Below are positions 1 to 14,221 of a stretch of DNA of 64,000 nt, piece after piece. The DNA is taken from the NCBI RefSeq assembly GCF_053078305.1, contig NZ_CP166879.1. One strand, 5' to 3'. A program made the translations under genes and the position numbers. Numbering within the stretch: the first letter of the stretch is position 1; every line of letters starts with the position of its first letter. The notes under the pieces are model-generated. The model ran no database searches, was not told the DNA's origin, and worked only from the letters and a program-made list of their open reading frames with translations.

Positions 1-867
1 TTCGTGTTCCAGCATTACGCGCTGTTCCGCCATATGACGGTATTCGACAATATCGCTTTTGGCCTGACGGTGCTGCCGCGTCGCGAGCGCCCGAATGCCG
101 CGGCGATCAAAGCGAAAGTGACAAAATTGCTGGAGATGGTGCAGCTTGCTCATCTGGCGGATCGTTATCCGGCGCAGCTTTCCGGCGGCCAGAAACAGCG
201 TGTGGCGCTGGCGCGTGCGCTGGCTGTGGAACCGCAAATTCTGCTGCTTGATGAACCGTTTGGCGCGCTGGATGCGCAGGTGCGTAAAGAGCTGCGTCGC
301 TGGCTGCGTCAACTGCATGAAGAGCTGAAATTCACCAGCGTATTCGTGACCCACGACCAGGAAGAAGCGACCGAAGTAGCTGATCGTGTAGTGGTGATGA
401 GCCAGGGCAATATTGAACAGGCTGACGCGCCGGATCAGGTATGGCGCGAACCGGCGACCCGTTTTGTGCTCGAATTTATGGGCGAAGTGAACCGCCTGCA
501 GGGAACCATTCGCGGCGGGCAGTTCCATGTTGGCGCACATCGCTGGCCGCTGGGCTACACACCTGCGTATCAGGGGCCGGTGGATCTCTTTCTGCGCCCT
601 TGGGAAGTGGATATCAGCCGCCGTACCAGCCTCGATTCGCCGCTGCCGGTACAGGTACTGGAAGCCAGCCCGAAAGGTCACTACACCCAATTAGTGGTGC
701 AGCCGCTGGGGTGGTACAACGAACCGCTGACGGTCGTGATGCATGGCGACGATGCCCCGCAGCGTGGCGAGCGTTTATTCGTTGGTCTGCAACATGCGCG
801 GCTGTATAACGGCGACGAGCGTATCGAAACCCGAGATGAGGAACTTGCTCTCGCACAAAGCGCCTGA
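1..867 (+). CDS. cysA: sulfate/thiosulfate ABC transporter ATP-binding subunit, C-terminal part (gene starts upstream of window)
   Basis: ORF 4..867 runs to the window edge; ABC signature [15 protein letters not shown] and Walker [12 protein letters not shown] visible; position upstream of cysM. Confidence 0.9.
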   Translation, partial: FVFQHYALFRHMTVFDNIAFGLTVLPRRERPNAAAIKAKVTKLLEMVQLAHLADRYPAQLSGGQKQRVALARALAVEPQILLLDEPFGALDAQVRKELRRWLRQLHEELKFTSVFVTHDQEEATEVADRVVVMSQGNIEQADAPDQVWREPATRFVLEFMGEVNRLQGTIRGGQFHVGAHRWPLGYTPAYQGPVDLFLRPWEVDISRRTSLDSPLPVQVLEASPKGHYTQLVVQPLGWYNEPLTVVMHGDDAPQRGERLFVGLQHARLYNGDERIETRDEELALAQSA

Positions 868-887
868 TAGGTTGAGTGAATGTTAAC

Positions 888-920
888 GCCCGGAGGCGCT
901 TCCCGCGATCCGGGCTTTTT
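888..920 (+). terminator. rho-independent terminator after cysA
   Basis: GC stem cccgga(889-894)/tccggg(909-914) followed by T-run 916-920. Confidence 0.5.
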
Positions 921-930
921 AATGGTGTAG

Positions 931-962
931 GCCTGATAAGACGCGCAAGCGTCGCATCAGGC
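931..962. repeat. REP (repetitive extragenic palindrome) element
   Basis: GCCTGATAAGACGCGCAAGCGTCGCATCAGGC imperfect palindrome typical of enterobacterial REP, between cysA and cysM. Confidence 0.7.
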
Positions 963-985
963 AACACCACGTATGGATAGAGATC

Positions 986-1897
986 GTGAGTACATTAGAA
1001 CAAACAATAGGCAATACGCCTCTGGTGAAGTTGCAGCGAATGGGGCCGAATAACGGCAGTGAAGTGTGGTTAAAACTGGAAGGCAATAACCCGGCAGGTT
1101 CGGTAAAAGATCGTGCGGCGCTTTCGATGATCGTCGAGGCGGAAAAGCGCGGGGAAATTAAACCGGGTGATGTGTTAATCGAAGCCACCAGTGGTAACAC
1201 CGGCATTGCGCTGGCAATGATTGCCGCGCTTAAAGGCTATCGCATGAAATTGCTGATGCCCGACAACATGAGCCAGGAACGCCGTGCGGCGATGCGTGCT
1301 TATGGTGCGGAACTGATTCTTGTCACCAAAGAGCAGGGCATGGAAGGTGCGCGCGATTTGGCGCTGGAGATGGCGAATCGTGGTGAAGGAAAGCTGCTCG
1401 ATCAGTTCAACAATCCCGATAACCCTTACGCCCATTACACCACTACCGGGCCGGAAATCTGGCAGCAGACTGGCGGGCGCATTACCCATTTTGTCTCCAG
1501 CATGGGAACAACCGGCACTATCACCGGCGTGTCACGCTTTATGCGCGAACAATCCAAACCGGTGACCATTGTCGGCCTGCAACCGGAAGAGGGCAGCAGC
1601 ATTCCCGGCATTCGCCGCTGGCCTACGGAATATCTGCCGGGGATTTTCAACGCTTCTCTGGTGGATGAGGTGCTGGATATTCATCAGCGCGATGCGGAAA
1701 ACACCATGCGCGAACTGGCGGTGCGGGAAGGAATATTCTGTGGCGTCAGCTCCGGCGGCGCGGTTGCCGGAGCACTGCGGGTGGCAAAAGCTAACCCTGG
1801 TGCGGTGGTGGTAGCGATCATCTGCGATCGTGGCGATCGCTACCTTTCCACCGGGGTGTTTGGGGAAGAGCATTTTAGTCAGGGGGCGGGGATTTAA
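986..1897 (+). CDS. cysM: cysteine synthase B (O-acetylserine sulfhydrylase B)
   Basis: 303 aa ORF; PLP-fold motifs (SVKDR, TSGNTG); synteny with cysA. Confidence 0.93.
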   Translation: MSTLEQTIGNTPLVKLQRMGPNNGSEVWLKLEGNNPAGSVKDRAALSMIVEAEKRGEIKPGDVLIEATSGNTGIALAMIAALKGYRMKLLMPDNMSQERRAAMRAYGAELILVTKEQGMEGARDLALEMANRGEGKLLDQFNNPDNPYAHYTTTGPEIWQQTGGRITHFVSSMGTTGTITGVSRFMREQSKPVTIVGLQPEEGSSIPGIRRWPTEYLPGIFNASLVDEVLDIHQRDAENTMRELAVREGIFCGVSSGGAVAGALRVAKANPGAVVVAIICDRGDRYLSTGVFGEEHFSQGAGI

Positions 1898-1899
1898 GA

Positions 1900-2359
<460 letters not shown>

Positions 2360-2372
2360 GAGAAAAAATTAA

Positions 2373-3224
2373 ATGAGTAGTTTGTTGTTGTTTAACGATA
2401 AGAGCAGGGCACTGCAGGCGGATATCGTCGCCGTGCAGTCGCAGGTAGTGTACGGCAGCGTAGGCAACAGCATTGCCGTGCCTGCTATCAAACAGAACGG
2501 CCTGAATGTCTTTGCCGTGCCGACGGTATTGCTGAGCAATACGCCGCATTATGACACTTTCTACGGTGGTGCGATTCCGGACGAATGGTTTAGCGGCTAT
2601 TTGCGTGCGCTTCAGGAGCGTGATGCGCTGCGCCAACTTCGAGCTGTAACCACGGGCTATATGGGAACGGCATCGCAAATCAAAATCCTTGCCGAGTGGC
2701 TGACTGCGCTACGCAAAGACCATCCTGACCTATTGATCATGGTCGATCCGGTGATTGGCGATATTGATAGCGGAATTTATGTCAAACCTGACCTTCCCGA
2801 GGCGTATCGACAATATTTACTGCCGCTGGCGCAGGGAATTACCCCCAATATCTTTGAGCTGGAAATCCTGACCGGTAAAAATTGCCGCGATCTCGACAGT
2901 GCCATTGCTGCCGCAAAAAGTCTGCTTTCAGACACATTAAAATGGGTGGTGATTACCAGCGCCTCCGGTAATGAAGAAAATCAGGAGATGCAGGTGGCGG
3001 TGGTCAGTGCCGACAGCGTGAATGTCATTTCCCATTCAAGGGTAAAAACCGACCTGAAAGGGACTGGCGACCTGTTTTGTGCTCAGCTTATCAGTGGTTT
3101 GCTGAAAGGGAAGGCATTAAACGATGCGGTGCACCGCGCGGGGTTGCGCGTACTGGAAGTGATGCGCTACACCCAGCAGCATGAGAGCGATGAATTGATT
3201 TTGCCGCCGCTGGCGGAAGCATAA
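2373..3224 (+). CDS. pdxK: pyridoxal/pyridoxine/pyridoxamine kinase
   Basis: 283 aa ORF, ribokinase-like fold, start [32 protein letters not shown]; synteny with crr. Confidence 0.9.
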   Translation: MSSLLLFNDKSRALQADIVAVQSQVVYGSVGNSIAVPAIKQNGLNVFAVPTVLLSNTPHYDTFYGGAIPDEWFSGYLRALQERDALRQLRAVTTGYMGTASQIKILAEWLTALRKDHPDLLIMVDPVIGDIDSGIYVKPDLPEAYRQYLLPLAQGITPNIFELEILTGKNCRDLDSAIAAAKSLLSDTLKWVVITSASGNEENQEMQVAVVSADSVNVISHSRVKTDLKGTGDLFCAQLISGLLKGKALNDAVHRAGLRVLEVMRYTQQHESDELILPPLAEA

Positions 3225-3252
3225 AAAAATGGCGCCGATGGGCGCCATTTTT
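3225..3252. terminator. bidirectional rho-independent terminator between convergent pdxK and crr
   Basis: aaaaaaATGGCGCCgatgGGCGCCATttttt: perfect 8-bp stem flanked by A-run and T-run. Confidence 0.7.
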
Positions 3253-3266
3253 CACTGCGGCAAGAA

Positions 3267-3776
3267 TTATTTCTTGATGCGGATAACCGGGGTTTCACCC
3301 ACAGTCACGCTACCGGACAGTTTGATCAGTTCTTTGATTTCGTCCATGTTGGAGATAACAACCGGAGTCAGGGTAGACTTGGCTTTCTCTTCCAGCAGCG
3401 GCAGATCAAATTCAATGACAGTATCGCCAACTTTCACGCGCTGACCTTCTTCAGCAATACGCTTGAAGCCTTCGCCTTTCAGTTCAACGGTGTCGATACC
3501 GAAGTGGACGAACAGTTCAACGCCGCTATCAGATTCGATAGAGAATGCGTGGTTGGTTTCAAAGATTTTACCAATGGTGCCGTCTACAGGCGCGACCATT
3601 TTGTTACCCGTTGGTTTGATAGCAATACCATCACCAACGATTTTTTCCGCAAAAACGACATCCGGCACGTCTTCGATATTGACGATCTCGCCAGAGAGCG
3701 GAGCAATGATCTCAATAGTTCCGGTATCCTTCTTGTCGTCGGAAACCAGAGATTTCAGTTTATCGAACAAACCCAT
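3267..3776 (-). CDS. crr: PTS glucose-specific EIIA component
   Basis: 169 aa [19 protein letters not shown]...; last gene of ptsHI-crr operon. Confidence 0.95.
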
Positions 3777-3816
3777 GATCTTCTCCTAAGCAGTAAATTG
3801 GGCCGCATCTCGTGGA

Positions 3817-5544
3817 TTAGCAGATTGTTTTTTCTTCAATGAACTTGTTAACCAGCGTCATTAACTCGTCCGTTGTCGGTTGAGCAAGAGCCTGCTCTGC
3901 TAACACCTTCGCATCTTCGAAGTTCGTGTTACGGATAATCTTCTTAATGCGCGGGATAGAAATGGCGCTCATAGAGAATTCGTCCAGACCCATCCCCAGC
4001 AACAGAAGTGTAGCACGTTCATCGCCAGCAAGCTCACCACACATGCCAGTCCATTTGCCTTCAGCATGAGAAGCATCAATAACTTGCTTGATCAAGTTCA
4101 GCACGGACGGTGACATTGGCTGGTAAAGGTGTGAAATCATATCATTACCACGGTCAACTGCCAGAGTGTACTGCGTTAAATCATTGGTGCCGATACTAAA
4201 GAAATCAACTTCTTTGGCTAAATGACGTGCAATTGTTGCGGCAGCCGGTGTTTCCACCATTACGCCGATTTCAATTGACTCGTCAAACGCTTTACCTTCG
4301 TCGCGCAGTTCCTGTTTGTAAATTTCGATCTCTTTGCGCAGTGCACGCACTTCTTCAACAGAGATGATCATCGGGAACATAATGCGCAATTTACCGAAAG
4401 CCGAGGCACGCAGGATAGCGCGGAGCTGATCGCGCAGGATCTCTTTACGATCCATCGCGATACGGATAGCGCGCCAGCCGAGGAACGGGTTCTCTTCTTT
4501 CGGGAAGTTCATGTATGGCAGCTCTTTGTCGCCGCCGATGTCCATGGTACGAACGATAACCGCCTGCGAGCCACACGCTTCAGCCACTGCTTTGTAAGCA
4601 GCAAACTGTTCTTCTTCAGTGGGCAGCGCGTCGCGGTCCATGAACAGGAACTCAGTACGATACAGACCAACGCCTTCAGCGCCGTTACGCTCTGCACCTT
4701 CAACGTCACGAACCGTACCAATGTTAGCGCATACTTCTACCTGGTGACCGTCCAGCGTAATAGCTGGCAGATCTTTCAGTTTAGCAAGCTCTGCTTTTTC
4801 AGAAGCCACTTGCTCCTGAACAGCGCGCATTTTATCAATAACTTCGTTGGTTGGATTGACGTAAACCTGATTATTTACGGCATCCAGAATCAGATAGTCG
4901 TCATTTTTCACCTGAGAGGTGACGCTACCGGTACCCACGATAGCAGGCAGTTCCAGAGAACGCGCCATGATAGAGGTGTGGGAAGTACGGCCACCCGCGT
5001 CGGTGATGAAACCCAGCACCTTCTTCAGGTTCAGCTGTGCGGTTTCGGACGGCGTCAGGTCAGCGGCAACCAGAATGACTTCATCCTGAATGGCGCTCAG
5101 GTCGATAATCTTCAGGCCCAGGATGTTGCGCAGCAGGCGCTTACCGATATCACGTACGTCAGCCGCACGTTCTTTCAGGTATTCATCATCCAGCTCTTCC
5201 AGGGCAGAAGCCTGACCTTCGATAACTTCATGAGCAGCTGCGTCAGCAGTCATGTGTTTATCTTTAATCAGGGCTATGATTTCCTGCTCCAGCTCCTCAT
5301 CTTCGAGCAGCATAATATGCCCTTCAAAGATGGCTTCTTTTTCTTCACCGAACGTTTCACCAGCTTTCGTTTTGATCGTTTCCAGCTGGGCTGATGCCTT
5401 GGCACGACCGCTCAGAAAACGTTCAACTTCCTGATCAACCTGGTCGGCAGAAATTTTTTTCCGGTCAATGACAATTTCGTCTTCTTTCAGAAGCAGAGCT
5501 TTACCGAAAGCGATACCCGGGGATGCTAAAATGCCTGAAATCAT
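3817..5544 (-). CDS. ptsI: PTS enzyme I (phosphoenolpyruvate-protein phosphotransferase)
   Basis: 575 aa [22 protein letters not shown]...; between ptsH and crr. Confidence 0.95.
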   Translation of the reverse strand: MISGILASPGIAFGKALLLKEDEIVIDRKKISADQVDQEVERFLSGRAKASAQLETIKTKAGETFGEEKEAIFEGHIMLLEDEELEQEIIALIKDKHMTADAAAHEVIEGQASALEELDDEYLKERAADVRDIGKRLLRNILGLKIIDLSAIQDEVILVAADLTPSETAQLNLKKVLGFITDAGGRTSHTSIMARSLELPAIVGTGSVTSQVKNDDYLILDAVNNQVYVNPTNEVIDKMRAVQEQVASEKAELAKLKDLPAITLDGHQVEVCANIGTVRDVEGAERNGAEGVGLYRTEFLFMDRDALPTEEEQFAAYKAVAEACGSQAVIVRTMDIGGDKELPYMNFPKEENPFLGWRAIRIAMDRKEILRDQLRAILRASAFGKLRIMFPMIISVEEVRALRKEIEIYKQELRDEGKAFDESIEIGVMVETPAAATIARHLAKEVDFFSIGTNDLTQYTLAVDRGNDMISHLYQPMSPSVLNLIKQVIDASHAEGKWTGMCGELAGDERATLLLLGMGLDEFSMSAISIPRIKKIIRNTNFEDAKVLAEQALAQPTTDELMTLVNKFIEEKTIC

Positions 5545-5588
5545 AACCCTACCTTACTTGTGACTGATTTTTAAAAGAACCCGGGAAA

Positions 5589-5846
5589 TTACTCGAGTTC
5601 CGCCATCAGTTTAACCAGATGTTCAACCGCTTTCTGCTCGTCTTCGCCTTCTGCGGAGATAGTCACAACGGTACCTTGAGTCAGGCCCAGAGTCTGCAGT
5701 TTAAACAGGCTTTTCGCGCTGGCGCTTTTGCCGTTGGAAGTCACAGTAATTTCAGAAGTGAAGCCCTTAGCTTCTTTTACAAACTGGGCAGCAGGGCGGG
5801 TGTGCAGACCGTTCGGAGCGGTAATGGTAACTTCTTGCTGGAACAT
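5589..5846 (-). CDS. ptsH: PTS phosphocarrier protein HPr
   Basis: 85 aa [30 protein letters not shown], active-site His15 context. Confidence 0.95.
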
Positions 5847-6180
5847 TGTATTTCCCCAACTTATAGGTTTAGTGTTGTGGAACTAAAGTCTAGCCTGGCG
5901 GTTCGACTTTAGCCTGTATTGTTAGCGCCAGTTTTTAACAGACGCGACGCACGAAGAGCGCAATACAGTCCATTGCTGGCGGGTGTTGACCGCTGACGTT
6001 TCGTACGTCATTAAACATTATGCCGCTAAAGGAAGAATTGAACCAAATCATAAAATCGATTCAGCTTTGGCTTTTCCTGTAACGATTAATTTCGCGCATC
6101 AAAATAATTAGTCTGGTTAAATACCAGTTCCGACAGGCTGAATCAATGCCAGGAGGGGCGAAAGTTTGAAGCAGGCCACA

Positions 6181-6208
6181 AAAAAGCACCTAAAAAGGTG
6201 CTTTTTTA
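6181..6208. terminator. rho-independent terminator downstream of cysK (bidirectional form)
   Basis: aaaaAGCACCtaaaaaGGTGCTtttttt hairpin with flanking A and T runs. Confidence 0.65.
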
Positions 6209-6229
6209 CGCATTTTTAACAAGCTGGCA

Positions 6230-7201
6230 TTACTGTTGCAATTCTTTCTCCGTGAAGAGATCGGCAAACAATGCGGTGCTTAAATAACGCTCACCCGATG
6301 ACGGTAGAATAACCACAATATTCTTGTTGGTAAAGCTTTCATCTTCTTGTAGTTTCAACGCCGCAGCAACAGCTGCTCCAGAAGAGATACCTGCAAGAAT
6401 ACCTTCTTCTTCCATCAGACGACGCGCGGTAGAAATCGCTTCTTCATTGGTTATGCCAATGACTTTATCGACCAGCTTGAGATCGAGGTTAGCCGGGATA
6501 AAACCAGCGCCAATACCCTGAATTTTATGCGGGCCAGGTTTAATCTCTTCACCTGCCAGCGCCTGGGCGATAACTGGAGAATCGGTTGGCTCAACGGCGA
6601 CAGAGATAAGATCGGTCTTACCTTTGGTGCCTTTAATGTAGCGGCTGACGCCAGTCAGCGTACCGCCAGTCCCAACGCCAGCAATAAATACATCAACCTG
6701 ACCGTCGGTATCTTCCCAGATCTCCGGACCGGTGGTTTTTTCGTGAATTTCAGGGTTTGCCGGATTGCTGAATTGTTGCAGCAGCAGGTATTTCTCTGGA
6801 TTGCTGGCGACAATTTCTTCTGCTTTTTGGATTGCGCCTTTCATGCCTTTAGCACCTTCGGTCAGCACCAGGTTTGCACCTAACGCTTTCAGCAGCTTGC
6901 GGCGTTCAATACTCATGGTTTCTGGCATGGTCAGGGTGAGTTTGTAACCGCGAGCGGCAGCGACATAGGCCAGTGCAATCCCGGTATTACCGCTGGTTGG
7001 TTCAACCAGTTCAACGCCTGGTTTCAGCACGCCGCGCTTTTCGGCATCCCAAATCATGTTGGCACCGATACGGCACTTAACGCTGAAGCTGGGGTTACGA
7101 GATTCCACCTTCGCCAGAATGCGTCCGTTACCGATGCGATTCAGGCGAACCAGCGGCGTGTGACCGATAGTCAGCGAGTTATCTTCAAAAATCTTACTCA
7201 T
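6230..7201 (-). CDS. cysK: cysteine synthase A (O-acetylserine sulfhydrylase A)
   Basis: 323 aa [23 protein letters not shown]...; PLP-dependent fold. Confidence 0.95.
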   Translation of the reverse strand: MSKIFEDNSLTIGHTPLVRLNRIGNGRILAKVESRNPSFSVKCRIGANMIWDAEKRGVLKPGVELVEPTSGNTGIALAYVAAARGYKLTLTMPETMSIERRKLLKALGANLVLTEGAKGMKGAIQKAEEIVASNPEKYLLLQQFSNPANPEIHEKTTGPEIWEDTDGQVDVFIAGVGTGGTLTGVSRYIKGTKGKTDLISVAVEPTDSPVIAQALAGEEIKPGPHKIQGIGAGFIPANLDLKLVDKVIGITNEEAISTARRLMEEEGILAGISSGAAVAAALKLQEDESFTNKNIVVILPSSGERYLSTALFADLFTEKELQQ

Positions 7202-7385
7202 GGCCTGTCCTTAACTGTATGAAATTGGGATACAACAGGTAGCATACCCGCTCAGAGAATATGCGGAAGTAAGGATTTAGCATATCTATATACAGAAGGG
7301 AAATAATGACATGAAAGATGGAATAAGGGGCGGCATAAGCCACCCCTGTTTCACACAAACGGTTTACAAAATAACCGGTAGATTG

Positions 7386-8147
7386 TTACCGCCACATCGC
7401 GTGTTTATCGCGATAGCAATCGACCCACATCGCCGTCGCGCCACAAACGGCAACGGGCATGATGAACAGATTAAGCAGCGGGATCATCGTAAACAGGCTG
7501 GTTAAAGCACCAAACTGCATATTGGTGATTTTGCGTGTGCGCAGGGCGGTGCGCATCTCTTTAAACGGCACTTTGTGGTTATCGAAGGGGTAATCGCAAT
7601 ACTGGATGGCTAACATCCAGGCGCTAAACAGGAACCACAGTACCGGCGCGACGGTTTGCCCAATACCAGGGATGAAGTAAAGAATTAGTAATACAATTGC
7701 GCGCGGCAGATACCAGGCAAATTTTTGCCATTCGCGTTTCATGATTCGCGGCACATCTTTCATGATACCGAAAATCCCGGTATCTGGCGGTGTAGCGCCA
7801 GTCAATCGTGCTTCCAGTTGTTCAGCCAATAAACCGTTAAACGGAGCGGCAATCCAGTTAGCAATCGTGGAGAAGAAATAGCCAAACACTAACAGCACAG
7901 AGATGACAGCCAGAGGCCACAACAGATAGCTCAGCCATTGTAACCAGTCCGGAACATAACTCATGAGAGTCGGGATCCAGACATCGAGTTGCGTAAAGAG
8001 CCACCAGAATGCGCCCCCCATCAACAAAATATTGACCAGCAGCGGTAAAATAACGAAACGCCGAATCCCAGGTTGCGAGACGAGCTTCCAGCCTTGCGCA
8101 AAATAGTAAAAACCGCTGCGTGGGGCAGATGTGAATGATGAAACCAT
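7386..8147 (-). CDS. cysZ: sulfate transporter CysZ
   Basis: 253 aa polytopic membrane ORF; upstream of cysK on same strand, divergent from zipA. Confidence 0.9.
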
Positions 8148-8376
8148 AATCAGGATGAGCTCCTTTTGACCAATCCCAGGAAAATTGTGCGTATTTTACC
8201 GGGTAATTGCGCAATGGACAGTTAGGATATGTTCGAAAAAACAGCAAAAAGCACGATTTCATCTATCTTTGTGCTGTGAAAGTTAATAGTGCACTTGCAC
8301 TTGAGGTAATCGGCAAATACTCTTAGTGAGTAAATGTTTGCCGTGGTGGCAAGGTGTTAGAACAACAGAGAATATA

Positions 8377-9375
8377 ATGATGCAGGATTTGCGTCTGATA
8401 TTAATCATTGTTGGCGCGATCGCCATAATCGCTTTACTGGTACATGGTTTCTGGACCAGCCGTAAAGAACGATCTTCTATGTTCCGCGATCGGCCATTAA
8501 AACGAATGAAGTCAAAACGTGACGACGATTCTTATGACGAGGATGTCGAAGATGATGAGGGCGTTGGTGAGGTTCGTGTTCACCGCGTGAATCATGCCCC
8601 GGCTAACGCCCAGGAGCATGAGGCTGCTCGTCCGTCGCCGCAACACCAGTACCAACCGCCTTATGCGTCTGCGCAGCCGCGTCAACCGGTCCAGCAGCCG
8701 CCTGAAGCGCAGGTACCGCCGCAACATGCTCCGCGTCCAGCGCAGCCGGTGCAGCAACCCGTGCAGCAGCCTGCCTATCAGCCGCAGCCTGAACAGCCGT
8801 TGCAGCAGCCAGTTTCGCCACAGGTCGCGCCAGCGCCGCAGCCAGTGCATTCAGCACCGCAACCGGCACAACAGGCTTTCCAGCCTGCAGAACCCGTAGC
8901 GGCACCACAGCCTGAGCCTGTAGCGGAACCGGCTCCAGTTATGGATAAACCGAAGCGCAAAGAAGCGGTGATTATCATGAACGTCGCGGCGCATCACGGT
9001 AGCGAGCTAAACGGTGAACTGCTTCTTAACAGCATTCAACAAGCGGGCTTCATTTTTGGCGATATGAATATTTACCATCGTCATCTTAGCCCGGATGGCA
9101 GCGGCCCGGCGTTATTCAGCCTGGCGAATATGGTGAAACCGGGAACCTTTGATCCTGAAATGAAGGATTTCACTACTCCGGGCGTCACTATCTTTATGCA
9201 GGTACCGTCTTACGGTGACGAGCTGCAGAACTTCAAGCTGATGCTGCAATCTGCGCAGCATATTGCCGATGAAGTGGGCGGTGTCGTGCTTGACGATCAG
9301 CGCCGTATGATGACTCCGCAGAAATTGCGCGAGTACCAGGACATCATCCGCGAAGTTAAAGACGCCAACGCCTGA
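8377..9375 (+). CDS. zipA: cell division protein ZipA
   Basis: Start placed at [26 protein letters not shown] (N-terminal TM anchor), long P/Q-rich linker, C-terminal FtsZ-binding domain; track ORF 8326 start is an upstream extension. Confidence 0.88.
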
Positions 9376-9436
9376 TACACTTAAGGCAAATTAACTCCTC
9401 TTCGAACCCCCGCTTGTCGGGGGTTTTTAGCATTGA

Positions 9437-11461
<2,025 letters not shown>

Positions 11462-11462
11462 G

Positions 11463-11666
11463 ATGGAAAAAGAGCAGCTGATTGAAATAGCCAATACGAT
11501 AATGCCGTTTGGCAAATACAAAGGGCGTCGCTTAATCGACCTGCCGGAGGAGTATCTGCTGTGGTTTGCCCGCAAAGATGAGTTCCCGGCAGGGAAGCTC
11601 GGTGAGCTAATGCAAATCACGCTGCTGATTAAAACCGAGGGGCTGACGCAACTGGTCCAGCCCTGA
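11463..11666 (+). CDS. ypeB: DUF3820-family small protein YpeB
   Basis: ATG 2 nt after ligA stop, 67 aa MEKEQLIEIANTIMPFGKYKGRRL...; the track ORF from 11370 is an in-frame extension overlapping ligA. Confidence 0.6.
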   Translation: MEKEQLIEIANTIMPFGKYKGRRLIDLPEEYLLWFARKDEFPAGKLGELMQITLLIKTEGLTQLVQP

Positions 11667-11676
11667 AGCGTCCGCT

Positions 11677-12675
11677 TTAAGCTTTATCGGTGCTGCTTTC
11701 CTGCTGCGCCTGTAACTGTTCGGTCTGGCGTTTGTATCGACGCGCCAGCACCGCACAGACCATCAATTGGATCTGATGGAAAATCATCAGGGGCAGCACC
11801 ATCATACCGATCACCGATGTGGGGAACAGAATGTTTGCCATCGGGATGCCATTTGCCAGACTCTTTTTCGAACCACAAAAGACGATAGTAATTTCATCTG
11901 CCTTATTGAAGCCCAGTCGGCGTGCCATAAAGACGTTAACTACAATCACGATAGCCAGAAGAACGCAGCTGACCACCACGATAAACAGCAATGATCCCCA
12001 GCCAACTTTATGCCAGATACCATTAACGACGGCTTCGCTGAACGCTGTATAAACCACCAACAGAATGGACGTCTGGTCAGTTTTCGCAATCCATTTTTTA
12101 TTGCGCGACACCCAGTCACCAATCCACGGCCGGGAAAGATGCCCCAACACAAACGGCAGCAGCAGTTGCAGCATAATTTTACCGACCTGCTCAAGGCTGC
12201 CCCCTGCACCGTGAACATTCATCACCAGACCAACCAGCAATGGTGAAAGGAAAATCCCCAGCAGGCTGGATGCTGACGCAGAACAAACCGCCGCCGCGAC
12301 GTTACCGCCCGCCATTGACGTGAAGGCGATTGCAGACTGCACGGTAGCCGGGAGAATGCACAAGTAGAGAAAACCGGAGTAGAGCATCGGGTCGACATTT
12401 ACCGGTTTCCACCAGGCAAACAGTACACCCAGAATCGGAAACAGCACGAAGGTGCTGCACATTACCCACAAATGCAGTCGCCAGTGACCACCGCCAGCAA
12501 TAATCGCCTCACGCGACAACTTCGCGCCGTGCATAAAGAACAGCAGGGCAATAGCTGCGGTGGTCAGATTTTCAAAGAAGGGGACGAAATCGCCTCTGGC
12601 CGGAAAGAAAGAGGCCAGCAACACCACCGTGATCAGGGTTAAGGTGAAAGGATCGAGGATACGAAAAAGTTTCAT
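11677..12675 (-). CDS. yfeH: bile acid:sodium symporter family transporter YfeH
   Basis: 332 aa polytopic membrane ORF; divergent from LysR regulator. Confidence 0.85.
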   Translation of the reverse strand: MKLFRILDPFTLTLITVVLLASFFPARGDFVPFFENLTTAAIALLFFMHGAKLSREAIIAGGGHWRLHLWVMCSTFVLFPILGVLFAWWKPVNVDPMLYSGFLYLCILPATVQSAIAFTSMAGGNVAAAVCSASASSLLGIFLSPLLVGLVMNVHGAGGSLEQVGKIMLQLLLPFVLGHLSRPWIGDWVSRNKKWIAKTDQTSILLVVYTAFSEAVVNGIWHKVGWGSLLFIVVVSCVLLAIVIVVNVFMARRLGFNKADEITIVFCGSKKSLANGIPMANILFPTSVIGMMVLPLMIFHQIQLMVCAVLARRYKRQTEQLQAQQESSTDKA

Positions 12676-12764
12676 AAAGACTCCAGATGATCGATGGTTC
12701 TATTGTGCTTCTTCCAGTTTGAGAAATAAAATTGATTTATTGCATCCATTCATGAAGAAAACAG

Positions 12765-13691
12765 ATGAATTATTCTTTAAAACAATTAAAGGTTTTCGTC
12801 ACAGTAGCGCAGGAGAAAAGTTTTAGTCGTGCAGGAGAGCGTATCGGCCTGAGCCAGTCGGCAGTGAGTCACAGTGTGAAGGAGCTGGAAAATCATACTG
12901 GTGTTCGCCTGCTGGACAGAACCACGCGTGAAGTGGTGCTTACAGATGCAGGGCAGCAGTTGGCTTTGCGTCTTGAGCGACTGCTGGATGAACTTAACAG
13001 CACGTTGCGCGATACCGGGCGTATGGGGCAACAACTGAGCGGAAAAGTTCGGGTCGCTGCCAGCCAGACCATTTCCGCGCATCTTATTCCGCAATGCATT
13101 GCTGAAAGCCATCGCCGCTATCCAGATATTCAGTTTGTCCTGCACGATCGTCCGCAGCAGTGGGTGATGGAAAGTATTCGCCAGGGAGATGTCGACTTTG
13201 GCATCGTCATCGATCCAGGCCCAGTGGGCGATCTGCAATGTGAAGCGATTCTTTCCGAGCCTTTCTTTCTGCTTTGCCATCGCGATAGCGCTTTGGCCGC
13301 GGAAGATTATGTACCCTGGCAGGCATTACAGGGAGCGAAATTGGTGTTGCAGGATTACGCGTCAGGCAGCCGACCGCTGATTGACGCAGCGCTGGCGCGC
13401 AATGGTATTCAGGCGAATATTGTGCAGGAGATTGGACATCCGGCGACGCTGTTCCCGATGGTAGCCGCAGGCATCGGCATCAGTATTCTTCCCGCACTGG
13501 CGCTACCATTGCCTGAAGGTAGCCCACTGGTGGTAAAGCGCATTACGCCGGTTGTTGAACGCCAGTTGATGCTGGTGCGCAGGAAGAACCGTTCACTTTC
13601 CACCGCCGCTGAAGCGTTATGGGACGTGGTACGAGACCAGGGCAATGCGCTAATGGCTGGGCGGGAAGGGGATCCGTTGTATCAGATATAG
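12765..13691 (+). CDS. yfeR: LysR-family transcriptional regulator YfeR
   Basis: 308 aa; N-terminal HTH ([35 protein letters not shown]) plus substrate-binding domain. Confidence 0.85.
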   Translation: MNYSLKQLKVFVTVAQEKSFSRAGERIGLSQSAVSHSVKELENHTGVRLLDRTTREVVLTDAGQQLALRLERLLDELNSTLRDTGRMGQQLSGKVRVAASQTISAHLIPQCIAESHRRYPDIQFVLHDRPQQWVMESIRQGDVDFGIVIDPGPVGDLQCEAILSEPFFLLCHRDSALAAEDYVPWQALQGAKLVLQDYASGSRPLIDAALARNGIQANIVQEIGHPATLFPMVAAGIGISILPALALPLPEGSPLVVKRITPVVERQLMLVRRKNRSLSTAAEALWDVVRDQGNALMAGREGDPLYQI

Positions 13692-14023
13692 ATATCGATA
13701 TGAGTCGTATTTTCAACAGGATTTAGAAGGGATACATTCAGAGACAAACGCTGCTCTTTCTCCTGCGCCTTTTCTGCCTGCTGTCTCTGCAACTGCGCCA
13801 GTTGTGTTTCCAGTAGGGTGACTTGCTGTTGAATCAATTCGGCCTGTTTTTGCTTGTCTTCAGCACTGCCGCTAGTGTCTACAATCTCTTTAATTTGTTG
13901 AGTGAGTTTGATGATTTGCTGACTTATCCGCGCGATTTGTGAAGCAACATCGCTACCTTGTGATGCCCTGTTACTACTCTGTGTTTGTATGGAAGGAATT
14001 GAAGTTGAAGAGATAGTGGCCAT
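13682..14023 (-). CDS. FlxA-like small protein (Q-rich coiled coil, C-terminal ...HIDIYI)
   Basis: 113 aa ORF with GAGGA RBS 7 nt upstream of ATG; composition and C-terminus resemble FlxA family; overlaps yfeR 3' end by 10 bp on the opposite strand. Confidence 0.5.
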   Translation of the reverse strand: MATISSTSIPSIQTQSSNRASQGSDVASQIARISQQIIKLTQQIKEIVDTSGSAEDKQKQAELIQQQVTLLETQLAQLQRQQAEKAQEKEQRLSLNVSLLNPVENTTHIDIYI

Positions 14024-14051
14024 TGTTCAGTCCTCGTCACTGTACGAGGTA

Positions 14052-14078
14052 ATATCGGTAGAAGAACAAGGAACTTGA
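14052..14078 (-). promoter_or_regulatory. putative sigma-28 (FliA) promoter upstream of FlxA-like ORF
   Basis: On minus strand TCAAGTTC-N11-ACCGATAT versus consensus TAAAGTTT-N11-GCCGATAA, about 28 nt upstream of the start codon. Confidence 0.35.
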
Positions 14079-14110
14079 GAAGAAAAATCAATCTTACAAA
14101 TCGCAGATAG

Positions 14111-14139
14111 CAAAAAAGCGCCTTTAGGGCGCTTTTTTA
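14111..14139 (-). terminator. rho-independent terminator of the Val-Val-Val-Lys tRNA operon
   Basis: aaaaaaGCGCCtttaGGGCGCtttttt hairpin immediately 3' of tRNA-Lys. Confidence 0.7.
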
Positions 14140-14141
14140 CA

Positions 14142-14217
14142 TTGGTGGGTCGTGCAGGATTCGAACCTGCGACCAATTGATTAAAAGTCAACTGCTCTAC
14201 CAACTGAGCTAACGACC
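14142..14217 (-). tRNA. lysV: tRNA-Lys (anticodon UUU)
   Basis: Reverse complement reads GGGTCGTTAGCTCAGTTGGTAGAGCAGTTGACTTTTAATCAATTGGTCGCAGGTTCGAATCCTGCACGACCCACCA. Confidence 0.95.
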
Positions 14218-14221
14218 CGAA

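Noticed and set aside
4744-5394. 216-aa plus-strand ORF
   Set aside because: Antisense within ptsI.
8512-8978. Cluster of overlapping 66-112 aa ORFs on both strands
   Set aside because: All fall inside the repetitive P/Q-rich linker of zipA; low-complexity translation artefacts.
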